Positions 55,774 to 64,000 of a stretch of 64,000 bases of DNA are shown in pieces. The translations under genes were made by a program, and so were the position numbers. The number at the start of each line of letters is the position of its first letter. Position 1 is the first letter of the stretch. The DNA comes from a virus, in the IMG/VR virus record IMGVR_UViG_3300030503_000315, positions 13,211 to 77,210 of that record, one strand, 5' to 3'. The notes beneath the pieces are model-generated. The model searched no databases. It was not told the DNA's origin and saw nothing but the letters and a program-made list of their open reading frames with translations.

Positions 55774-56008
55774 GATCCTCTCCCTCGAATTTAGCATACT
55801 CACCATCCTCCCACTTACCACGTATGAAGGCGGCGCAGTCAAGAAGATACTCTCGGCGCTTCTCATGATAATGTGCGGCCTTCGGCATATCAGAAGCATC
55901 CGCACAAGTCTCCTGATATGAGTGATAGTCGGCCAGAGCCTCTAAAGCTCCCGGGAGTTCCGTTAACATCTTGAACTCTGTAGCAGAGAATTCAGGTCGT
56001 TTCATCAC
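55763..56008 (-). CDS. Hypothetical early protein
   Basis: GGAGG SD, coupled. Confidence 0.5.
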   Translation of the reverse strand: MMKRPEFSATEFKMLTELPGALEALADYHSYQETCADASDMPKAAHYHEKRREYLLDCAAFIRGKWEDGEYAKFEGEDHVG

Positions 56009-56327
56009 CTACCTCCATATTTCCTTTGAACACGTATCCATACTTTTCCTTGACGCAGTGTTCATCACACCACGCCTGGGCTTCCTCTAGCTTCCGAATG
56101 ACTTCGTGTAACCATCCAGTTGATGCACTGCCCTCAGTTTTCACGCTCCAGTTACCATCATCTTCGCAAACGATGGTGAACACAACATGTGGATCTTCGG
56201 CACCTCTCCAACCGAGCGTAACACCGAAACAGGATCCAAAGAATCCGATCTCGTATTTGTGCTCGGAATAATCCTTCCGAAACCAATCCCACCCAATGAT
56301 GTACGGCTTCTTCTGTTCTTCATTCAT
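55992..56327 (-). CDS. Hypothetical early protein
   Basis: GAGGAG SD, coupled. Confidence 0.55.
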   Translation of the reverse strand: MNEEQKKPYIIGWDWFRKDYSEHKYEIGFFGSCFGVTLGWRGAEDPHVVFTIVCEDDGNWSVKTEGSASTGWLHEVIRKLEEAQAWCDEHCVKEKYGYVFKGNMEVGDETT

Positions 56328-57142
56328 TTCTATAACTCTCCTCGCGGCTGAACAACACCAAGCCGTTCGAGTATGCCTCGATCCGTGTCGGTGATATTTA
56401 CCCCTTCCAGGAAAGACTGTTGCTTGAACTCTTTCATGTCAAGATGACGATTGACACCCTGATTCGCGATATAGTAGGCGAGCTCCATGGCATGCTCTAC
56501 CAGCCACTTGGGATTTGCATGACCTAGGGCATAACGTGCAAACCAGTGCAGCAACTCTACTACCCTCTCATGTTGAACATCCTGAGCACCGTTTATCTCT
56601 TCCGGCTTCATGCAACCACTAAGCAGTATTGCCACTTGCTCTTCACTCAAACCAAAATTATCCATTTTAGTCTCCAGGTGGATGAATGTCGTGAAAGTAC
56701 GCAGCTTCGAGGACTTTGCGTAATCCTTCCGGCATGTTCCAACCTTCCAGTACGACACCGACGGTGTACTTCATTCTCTGAAGTTTCAGCAACTCGTCCT
56801 TAGGAGCTTCCAGAAGTTCTTTCACTTCGTCCCGGGTAAACGTAAAGCTGTGAGTCATCTTTGACATCAACAACTCGTGTTTCAGTTTCTCAATCCAACT
56901 GAGATTATCTCTCATCTTCTTTGTCCTTCAATAGTTTCTGAAGTTCTTCCTTGTCCCATTCTATGCCCGTGATTTCATCACTGATCCAGTCAAGTGATTC
57001 TTCTAGCCTATGCATATTTCGGATTAGTATCCTTTCCTCGTAAAGCCCACGGCCACGATACGCTTCATCAAGATCCAGGTCGAGATGCTTCTTGATGGCA
57101 TCTAAACGTTCCACCTTCACAAGTACCCAACCTTCCGGAATG

Positions 57143-57394
57143 TCACTCATCTTTCCTCCCAAGATCAAGCGTCTTGTAAACCGTGGATTCATCCGAGGCA
57201 AACTTTGAGATCATCCGGGCAATTCGTGCAGCTTCATCTGCAGGAATCGTGATACCTTGCTTACCGTGCTGCCACTCTGTTACTTTCTTTGTCTTATACA
57301 TCTGACGCAAGGATATAAAGTTAGCGCCATTGATCTCGACAGCTTCAATACGAATTGCTTTTGTGTCGGTTAGTTCAAATGTTTTCTTAGACAT
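57143..57394 (-). CDS. PC4/YdbC-like ssDNA-binding protein
   Basis: IRIEAVEING..FISLRQMY...EW..GKQGITIP. Confidence 0.75.
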   Translation of the reverse strand: MSKKTFELTDTKAIRIEAVEINGANFISLRQMYKTKKVTEWQHGKQGITIPADEAARIARMISKFASDESTVYKTLDLGRKDE

Positions 57395-57656
57395 ACTTTT
57401 GACCCCGGATCTTTTTCCATCCACTACCACTTTGGTTTTGAATCAAGGATGGGATTGATTGTCTAAAAGCTTCCTCGACATCATTGCAAAACTGCAACCA
57501 AACATTATCTCGGAATCGAGCGTACACCGGAGTACCCCATCCCGGGATGTCCCGAGCGTATATTCCACTGGAATTGGGATTTCTACCCACCTGCCACTCT
57601 TCATACTCTTTGTCGTTCTCAACGGAATGAGAAGTAACCTTTACGTTCCTAGACAT
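57387..57656 (-). CDS. Hypothetical protein, tandem paralog 1
   Basis: MSRNVKVTSHS..WQ.G..P...G.Y.RD...Y.R...W...W.KI.G..YV. Confidence 0.6.
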   Translation of the reverse strand: MSRNVKVTSHSVENDKEYEEWQVGRNPNSSGIYARDIPGWGTPVYARFRDNVWLQFCNDVEEAFRQSIPSLIQNQSGSGWKKIRGQKYV

Positions 57657-57903
57657 AGGTCTCTCCTTTGATCTTTCGCCAAGGCGTGTTGGCACTATCC
57701 TGCCAGGTGCTTTTTACCTTAGTATTTCTAGCTAGTTCAACCTCAAAGTAGGCTATACACCAAAATCTTCCAGTCCACCTACTATAACATTTACTTGACT
57801 CACCAAGAAGATCGCGTTCATAGACGCCTGTCTCTGTAGGTAGTCCTGTCTGCCATCCATCATCAAGGATACTATGACTAGTCACCCGAATATTCTTCAT
57901 CAT
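57649..57903 (-). CDS. Hypothetical protein, tandem paralog 2
   Basis: MMKNIRVTSHS..WQTGLP...GVYERD...YSRW...WRKIKGETYV. Confidence 0.6.
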   Translation of the reverse strand: MMKNIRVTSHSILDDGWQTGLPTETGVYERDLLGESSKCYSRWTGRFWCIAYFEVELARNTKVKSTWQDSANTPWRKIKGETYV

Positions 57904-58381
57904 AATCTTCGTGTCTTTTAAGAATTGATAGTCCCGAGAACTTTGTGAATGATTCAATAGCCTTAGCATCGTTAACATAGGGGTAATTAGCATAACCATC
58001 AAACGCACGCTTCGCGCTACATAGATGGTTGTGATCCATCGTTCCTAGAACGTATGTAAAGCCCGATTCCGTCAAACCATAGATAGGACTATCATACTCC
58101 TGCATCTCACCTCTAGGTGGAGACCAAGTCCTACGTATGGTTCCTATCACTTGCAACAGGCCCAGACGGACGAGCACGCGACAGCAGCTTGAAACACCAA
58201 GCGTCCAATTTCTACTACTACGTGCTTTGAACGATTGGCGGAAAACTGGGAGACACGTCTTCACTATGTCGCGGGTCTGGCGTCCTCTGGTTTTTAAACT
58301 CAGGGGAACGAATACAAAGGACGCCAGGATGATTCTATGCTGCATCGTCAAATCGTTTATTGTCAGTCGCTTGTGAGACAC
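57878..58381 (-). CDS. Hypothetical protein, possible winged helix
   Basis: Basic; L.RLGLL...YGLTESG pattern. Confidence 0.45.
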   Translation of the reverse strand: MSHKRLTINDLTMQHRIILASFVFVPLSLKTRGRQTRDIVKTCLPVFRQSFKARSSRNWTLGVSSCCRVLVRLGLLQVIGTIRRTWSPPRGEMQEYDSPIYGLTESGFTYVLGTMDHNHLCSAKRAFDGYANYPYVNDAKAIESFTKFSGLSILKRHEDYDEEYSGD

Positions 58382-58658
58382 GTCTTTCTATCTCCGAAAA
58401 ATCCATCTCTAGGGAAATGAACCTCACCTCTGGTGTCTTGCTAGATCGCATAATCCGACCCTTACTCTGAAAATCATCAAGCAAAGAGTTGTGCTTAGTC
58501 TGGTTAAGACGACCTGTTGGTGAGCAGGGAACTATGAAGTTCCAGCAATCCTCGTACAACCTATTTGTTCCATATTGTTGTTCCAGCTTATGTATCATGC
58601 CCACCCAGTCGATAGGAATGTCGACCAGGTGAGACTCAACCTTTACCTTCTTTCTCAT
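58335..58658 (-). CDS. Hypothetical protein
   Basis: GGAGG SD; N-terminus MRKKVKVESH. Confidence 0.55.
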   Translation of the reverse strand: MRKKVKVESHLVDIPIDWVGMIHKLEQQYGTNRLYEDCWNFIVPCSPTGRLNQTKHNSLLDDFQSKGRIMRSSKTPEVRFISLEMDFSEIERRVSQATDNKRFDDAA

Positions 58659-58798
58659 CTTTCACCTCCTCAGGTTTTTCATCTATCGGATAGGACATGA
58701 CCATTCCGAATAGCGCTAGGAACATCATCCACCATGGTCGAGCAAAGCACATGTAAGAACATAGAACGATAGTTATTACAATGTGCCACCGTTGATCG

Positions 58799-59203
58799 CT
58801 ATCCCTCGCCTTTATCCACGCTATAAAGGAGGTCAAGCGTATCAGCAGGAGGAACCGAGAAACCATTGTCGGCCTTGTAGCCAAGTTTGAATCGGATTGC
58901 TTTGTCACCGTAGAGCTCCTTGCTTTTCTTTAGATAACCGAAGATCGGTCGTGCGACGGGCGGGCGAAAAACGTCAGGTGTTTTCAACCAGCGGATGTAG
59001 CTATGTAGATTCAGGCAATCTTTCAGAATCGTCTCAGTCTCTATGATGTACGCACCCATTGCATGTCGAGACACTCTCTCTGCGAAGAACCGATAGACTT
59101 CATCCGTATGGATTATCGCTACATTGCCTTTCATGTCAACCATTAGAATAGTTCTTTCTTTGCTCGCATTCTTTACCTCGTTGATTCCGTTCGTGTCATT
59201 CAT
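58799..59203 (-). CDS. Hypothetical early protein
   Basis: ATGA-coupled ORF. Confidence 0.5.
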   Translation of the reverse strand: MNDTNGINEVKNASKERTILMVDMKGNVAIIHTDEVYRFFAERVSRHAMGAYIIETETILKDCLNLHSYIRWLKTPDVFRPPVARPIFGYLKKSKELYGDKAIRFKLGYKADNGFSVPPADTLDLLYSVDKGEG

Positions 59204-59520
59204 GTCACACCTCTACTTAATAACTCAGAGATCATGTGTTGATTCTTCGGACCGTACTGGCCCTTTTCTAAACAACGGATAGCCAAATCAACACATAACG
59301 CTTCGTCCTTTACCTTTCTTTCGACTGCCACTAGCTGCTTGCAGTCACGCCCCGCGTAGCTATCCGCTACGTGATATGCTTTCTTATACTCAGGACTTAT
59401 GATCCAATAAGTCCGGTCAATCGACGTATGCTGCAAGGTCGACTCAATCATCACAACCACTGTACCACGTTGTAGATCAAACAGTCTATCTTTCAACACA
59501 CCTCGATGCCATGTTTTCAT
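59200..59520 (-). CDS. Hypothetical early protein
   Basis: GGGAG SD. Confidence 0.5.
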   Translation of the reverse strand: MKTWHRGVLKDRLFDLQRGTVVVMIESTLQHTSIDRTYWIISPEYKKAYHVADSYAGRDCKQLVAVERKVKDEALCVDLAIRCLEKGQYGPKNQHMISELLSRGVT

Positions 59521-59738
59521 TCGTCTCTCCCTAATTTATCTAAGATGTATTTCACGTTCAAGTGTGACTTGCAACGAACAATCTGTTTCATGAAAGAAAT
59601 CGTCACAGCCGCATACAGGGCAGACCGTCCAATTAGCTGCACCATTTTCGTTCAACACCTGTGCCAGCTCCCCGCAATCCTCCGCAAAATACAGAACCTT
59701 GTAATCTTCGATACTAAGAATTATATTCATTTCCTGTC

Positions 59739-60119
59739 CTATCGTGCCATGAAGTCCAATGTTTCCTTGATCTGCTGTGGCTTAGGTTGTTCTGCATCGT
59801 GGGGTCGAGCCATGAAAAGACGATGCCCACCTTCCGCAATCTTCGGCAGAATCTCTTTCAAGATTCCTCGCAGTCCAGGATCATACTCATCCACGATGAG
59901 TATGTGTGGTTGCGGTTTGGAGTCTAACCACATCTCAAGGTGCTGCAACGTGCGATAGTGGATGTGGGCAATATCAACCATGCCCAAATCAAGCGCGGCT
60001 TCTTCCCATTCGTGGGATTCCAACATCCGGCAAATAAGCAGCCACGGCAACCTCATCTCGTCGTCTTTTATGGATGATTCGATATTTTTCAGAACGACAA
60101 TCTTGTTTTCATGATTCAT
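59739..60119 (-). CDS. Hypothetical early protein
   Basis: In-line ORF with SD. Confidence 0.5.
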   Translation of the reverse strand: MNHENKIVVLKNIESSIKDDEMRLPWLLICRMLESHEWEEAALDLGMVDIAHIHYRTLQHLEMWLDSKPQPHILIVDEYDPGLRGILKEILPKIAEGGHRLFMARPHDAEQPKPQQIKETLDFMAR

Positions 60120-60131
60120 ACACTCTACTCC

Positions 60132-60377
60132 TCAAAATTTCCATTTCATATTTGCCACGGTCATTCTTGTCAGGAATGGACCCGACGGATCTTCGCTATT
60201 AGCGCGGTCGCATTCAGCTTTGATACTTTTTCCTCGAGCCCATCCATACTCAACAGCCGCAAGAGGTTCACCTTCTAAACCCGTTATGTTGGGTAGGGGC
60301 TTTCCATCCACACCTGCGTCGTATGCTTCGCTATACATTCTGTTTGTTTCAGCTTTGGTGTATTCTTTCATATCCAC
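60132..60377 (-). CDS. Small protein with Rmf-like motif
   Basis: YSEAYDAGVDGK...YGWARG. Confidence 0.45.
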   Translation of the reverse strand: MDMKEYTKAETNRMYSEAYDAGVDGKPLPNITGLEGEPLAAVEYGWARGKSIKAECDRANSEDPSGPFLTRMTVANMKWKF

Positions 60378-61422
60378 CTCCTAGCAGCTTGCGTTTTCAA
60401 TTGCGACTCTCATATCCTGCACCACTTCTGCATACTTGAAACTCTTGCCTTGCCACGTGACCACTCGACTACGTTGATCGTACACCCCAGTATGATTCAG
60501 GTAGACAAATGTAATCATGTTAGCCCTCGTACTCTCTTCGAGATTTTATATCAATGCTGCATCGGGAAATCTCTTTACCTTCAAGTAAGAGGATTACGGA
60601 GCGTCCGTTGGGATCTGTGAATCCACCCTCTTCAACCTTGATCTCGAGATCATTCTTCAAAATCTCACGGCATATTGCTTCGATGCGCCATATGGGCAAC
60701 GTCATTTCTTGACCCCAGTATTTGCTCCAGCTTTGTTTCCATATTCGTTGTGGCGCTGGAAGGGTCGGCGCCACACGCCTGTCGTTCGGAACGGGAAATT
60801 ATTCCTCGTCTTTTCCCCCTGCCGTCTTCGGTGCCGCCTCATCTTCATCATATTTCATCAACAAAGTATCGAGTCTATTGCACCGGCTACCTCGCATCTG
60901 CCTTCGAACACCGTAGTCATCAACACACCTCAGGAGATATAAAGCTTCCTCAAAATCTGCTTCGCCCATCATAGCTCTCTGTATTCTTCATTCATGATTT
61001 TCACCAGGCTATTGGGTGATCGATTGATACTATCCTGTCGTTAGAGTCCGTGCTATTGATAGCCATCGCGACCCCAATCTTTGATGGAAGTTTTACAAAA
61101 TCTTCGAAACTTATTTCTTTGCCCAGATAAGGCGCCAACTTATCCAGTTGGTTTTGAGTGAAAGAGTGGTCTTTCGGAATTTCAAGTCTCATGATCTTCT
61201 CCTAAAAATCTTCTAGATCCTGTCTTCTTTCGTCCTCTTGAGCCTTCTTGTAAGCCTCCGCAAACTTAGAATCATTCACTTGGCCTTCTTGTACAAGGAA
61301 AACAACAAGCGCTCTTGCAGCAAAAGCTGCTTCTTCTGATCTATCTTGATTCCTATAACGAGCACCCGCGTAGTCACCATACTTAACATTGAAGTTATCC
61401 ACTAATTCCTGCAATGTTTTAC

Positions 61423-61845
61423 TCATGACCTCCTCCTTAGTTCGCCGCGCTTCTCGGCAGCTAGTTCACTGTCGGTTAGAAGTTGTAGTGGTCCTTTGTT
61501 GAAGGATGGACCTATACGTGACTGCAATTGTCGAAAATGCTCCTGCGCCCTGGCTTCACGTTCTGCCATCTCAGGACTCAGATATGGACGTGGTTCCGGA
61601 TCCGGTGCAACGAATCGCTTCTCAACATGGTGAACTTCACGTCGCACCACAGGATACTGAGGCATCTTAGACCTATTGAACGCCTCAATGTCAGTCTTGC
61701 TTCTCTCCGTCCGAGCGAATCCAGAAGTCAGTGTTTTCAGTCTCTCTGCGTTGCATGAAAGTTGCAGGATCTCCTGTTCCCTCAACTGCTGGTTCTTCGA
61801 TCTCTGCCTCGCAGCCTTCGCTTTCGATTTTAGACTCATGACCAT
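61423..61845 (-). CDS. Basic hypothetical protein
   Basis: Rich in K/R; R.GPSFNKGPLQ C-terminal motif. Confidence 0.55.
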   Translation of the reverse strand: MVMSLKSKAKAARQRSKNQQLREQEILQLSCNAERLKTLTSGFARTERSKTDIEAFNRSKMPQYPVVRREVHHVEKRFVAPDPEPRPYLSPEMAEREARAQEHFRQLQSRIGPSFNKGPLQLLTDSELAAEKRGELRRRS

Positions 61846-62752
61846 ACTCCTTAGTACCCGCCATCATCCGAATGATCTCATCCGCATCTGCATACGCGGC
61901 GTCAGTGTCAACTAATTTCTGTCGCTCCTGGATAAGCGCGGCCATAGGCCCTATCAGAATAGATACCTTACAAAGCCTATCCATATCATGAATACACCGG
62001 TCAAGTACTGCCAGGTTGCGGCACGCCCACTTTACATACAGGATGTGTAATCCGGGATTAGACTTCCGAAAATCACTTTCGTACTCTTTAGTCATGTCCG
62101 ACTCCTTTATTTACCACTGTTCGAAATAGCGATTGATGGTCTGCGGATGGTCGTAAGTACGCCAGTCATGCTCGTTTTCAAACACGGCGATAAGTGTCCG
62201 ATTATTTCGACAGCACACCTCGTACACCCGCCCGGACACTGCCTGCACGACGAGACCAAAATCATCCCACACCTTGCAGATACGGCAGAGCTCCTTCTCG
62301 TGTCGTGCAGATGCGGCCGCGATCTCCTCCGGCATCTCCTCAGACATCCCAAGATTTATCAATTGAGGTTCAGGCATCGCCGGGTGTTTTGCTTGCCAGT
62401 CAGCCAGGTAGTTACGATATGCTTCAATCATCTTGCTCATTTTGTCCGGTCCTCGATACAAGTTATAGAACTGACTTGAGTTTTGCTAACAGGTCCTCTA
62501 TGCTTTCTACTTTGAGGTAGGTCTTACTAGACCTAGCTCCGTAAACTCCTATATGGACAGTTTTGTCTAGGAAATCTATCGATACTGTTGCCACCCTACC
62601 GTTCTTAGGCAGAATCAACGTGTCAGTGTAGAAGGTCACCCCAGACCCACTGATCTTTATGGAGAAATATTCCTCCAAAAACTCACGGAGTGTTTGAGAC
62701 TCCGGTCTCAAGGCTGGTAACATATGCACTCCGTTTCGTTGGGAATGGCGAA

Positions 62753-62773
62753 GAGGGGCCCCGGTGGCCCCTC
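62753..62773. terminator. GC-rich intergenic hairpin (possible terminator or processing site)
   Basis: GAGGGGCC/GGCCCCTC stem, weak U-tract. Confidence 0.5.
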
Positions 62774-62782
62774 GTCTCTACT

Positions 62783-63055
62783 TTACAGCTTTGGGAATTC
62801 CAAAACATCGGGCAGGATACGTACGACTTGATAGTTCGTTGCCCGAGTCATGATGTACAAAACACCACTTCGGTCCTTCAACAACATCTTCAGGTCACGT
62901 TCGCGTTTTGCAGTCTTGGGAAGTTTTTCGACTTCCAGAATCAGTCCAACCTCGTTGTCCGAATCGTTCCACCACAGTTCCACCCACTGACCTGCATGTA
63001 GGTCGAGTACGTTTACACCGTGTTTGTTGATACGCCAATCGGTTTTAACGACCAT
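62783..63055 (-). CDS. Hypothetical early protein (SH3/KOW-like)
   Basis: GGAG SD; L.AGQWVELWW...GLILEV. Confidence 0.5.
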   Translation of the reverse strand: MVVKTDWRINKHGVNVLDLHAGQWVELWWNDSDNEVGLILEVEKLPKTAKRERDLKMLLKDRSGVLYIMTRATNYQVVRILPDVLEFPKL

Positions 63056-63081
63056 GCTAACTCCGTTTCGTTAGGAGGAAT

Positions 63082-63108
63082 TCGACGTGCGCATTTTGCG
63101 CACGTCGA
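63082..63108. repeat. Perfect 12-bp inverted repeat TCGACGTGCGCA-TTT-TGCGCACGTCGA
   Basis: Read directly in the 63056-63208 intergenic region. Confidence 0.9.
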
Positions 63109-63208
63109 CTTGCATGGGCCGATGCCCGAGGTGGGCAAGGACCCACACCCTATTGTAACATGGATGTCAATCCGACGTGTTGTATAAAAACAACACCGTG
63201 TAAACCAC

Positions 63209-64000
63209 CTACCAGGTGGTTTCAATGGGACCCTCAGACTCATCCGCAGTAGCATCCTGGCGTCGTCGGCTGCGTTCCATGATCTCGCGTGTTCGGATTT
63301 GACCTCTGTCCGTCATAGCCACCTCGTCCAGCTCCTGAGACGACACGATAGGAATCGTTGCTTCTTCCTCGATCTGACCAGCCAAGGTATTAGTCGCATT
63401 TATAACCGCAGAGAAATCTGCGTTCTTTGCCGTCACCAGTCGAAACATGTCGAAGATGACACGAGAATCGCCAGAGTTGAAAGTCATGTGATATGCAGGC
63501 GGTTCATCAGCCGATGCTTGACTCAACATGAAACCTTTCACTTTACTCTTCTCCATCACCGAATGCTTCGCCATCCACTCAACTGCCAGAGCATGAGGGT
63601 TGTCATCCATGCTGAGGATCCTCGCAAGCATTTCCTGCTCAGGAATCACTTTGCGATCCGCATAATTCTTACCAAATAAATAAGTATTCTTTTCCTCGGG
63701 TTCTTTATCGAGATCATCCTCTCTATCACTATCCTCGTCACTATCACCAAACCTACTAGGACGAGCTGGTTTTTTGTACCCAAGTCTTTGCGTTCGAATG
63801 GCCGGATATTCCTTGGCTTCCAATACCCGTTCTTCCTCGGAACCAAGAACCCCTTTGAAGTTTGCGACGAGTTCGAGTATGAACGCCGCATCCAGATTCA
63901 GCGCCGGCTGGTGCACGACCTCATTCCATACCCAGTGATCCAGATTATAAGGTCTGTAGGTATCAAGATACGCCTGGGCCTTCTCCCAACCCAAACCAAG
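63209..64000 (-). CDS. Hypothetical protein, C-terminal part (gene probably begins beyond the window)
   Basis: Frame is open to the window edge. Confidence 0.6.
   Translation of the reverse strand, partial: LGLGWEKAQAYLDTYRPYNLDHWVWNEVVHQPALNLDAAFILELVANFKGVLGSEEERVLEAKEYPAIRTQRLGYKKPARPSRFGDSDEDSDREDDLDKEPEEKNTYLFGKNYADRKVIPEQEMLARILSMDDNPHALAVEWMAKHSVMEKSKVKGFMLSQASADEPPAYHMTFNSGDSRVIFDMFRLVTAKNADFSAVINATNTLAGQIEEEATIPIVSSQELDEVAMTDRGQIRTREIMERSRRRQDATADESEGPIETTW

Noticed and set aside
58335..58658. SPTGRL and DFSEIERR as a DNA polymerase A fragment
   Set aside because: Only two short word matches in a 107-aa ORF; not supportable without a profile search
63151..63170. TTGACA and TACAAT on the minus strand as a sigma70 promoter
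   Set aside because: The hexamers are only 7 nt apart, not 16-18
1..64000. CRISPR array, tRNA or rRNA genes
   Set aside because: No spaced direct repeats or cloverleaf seen by eye, and intergenic gaps are short; tRNAscan-SE was not run
1..64000. Stop-codon reassignment
   Set aside because: Genes tile densely under the standard code, and TAA, TAG and TGA all end long conserved genes

Overview
A 64-kb piece of a large, gene-dense myovirus (jumbo-phage-type) genome. From memory, the capsid and replication genes resemble the phiRSL1/Lu11/PaBG/BcepSauron group; this was not verified by search. Positions 1-15.9 kb (+ strand) carry replication, recombination and nucleotide genes: an SbcC/gp46-like ATPase, a beta-clamp-like protein, a UvsW-like SF2 helicase, a DnaB helicase, an HNH nuclease, DUF4406, a dATP/dGTP diphosphohydrolase-like protein, a metallophosphoesterase and a BCS1-like AAA+ ATPase. 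Positions 16-53 kb (- strand) are the late virion region: fibre-like repeat protein, tail tube, tail sheath, major capsid protein, decoration, scaffold, prohead protease, a 1598-aa SNF2-like ATPase, neck-like proteins and topoisomerase IB. Positions 53.2-64 kb (- strand) are small early or accessory genes. Main observations: (1) At least 14 otherwise unrelated late proteins start with one peptide, M-x(0-3)-[IV]N[SA]xxRLxA, often followed by [VIL]-x-A. They include three adjacent ADP-ribosyltransferase-like proteins, one fused to a Nudix domain; a GNAT protein carries the motif internally. This is a candidate capsid-loading and protease-processing code for an injected effector payload. (2) Stand-alone fragments resembling the tail-sheath C-terminal domain (three genes) and possibly a portal segment sit in the replication cluster, and may be decoys or assembly inhibitors. 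(3) Two putative phage promoter motifs recur: AATTT[G/C/T]AT (11 sites, late genes) and [C/T]AGTAAATA (5 sites). All functional calls come from reading motifs by eye; no database search was run.
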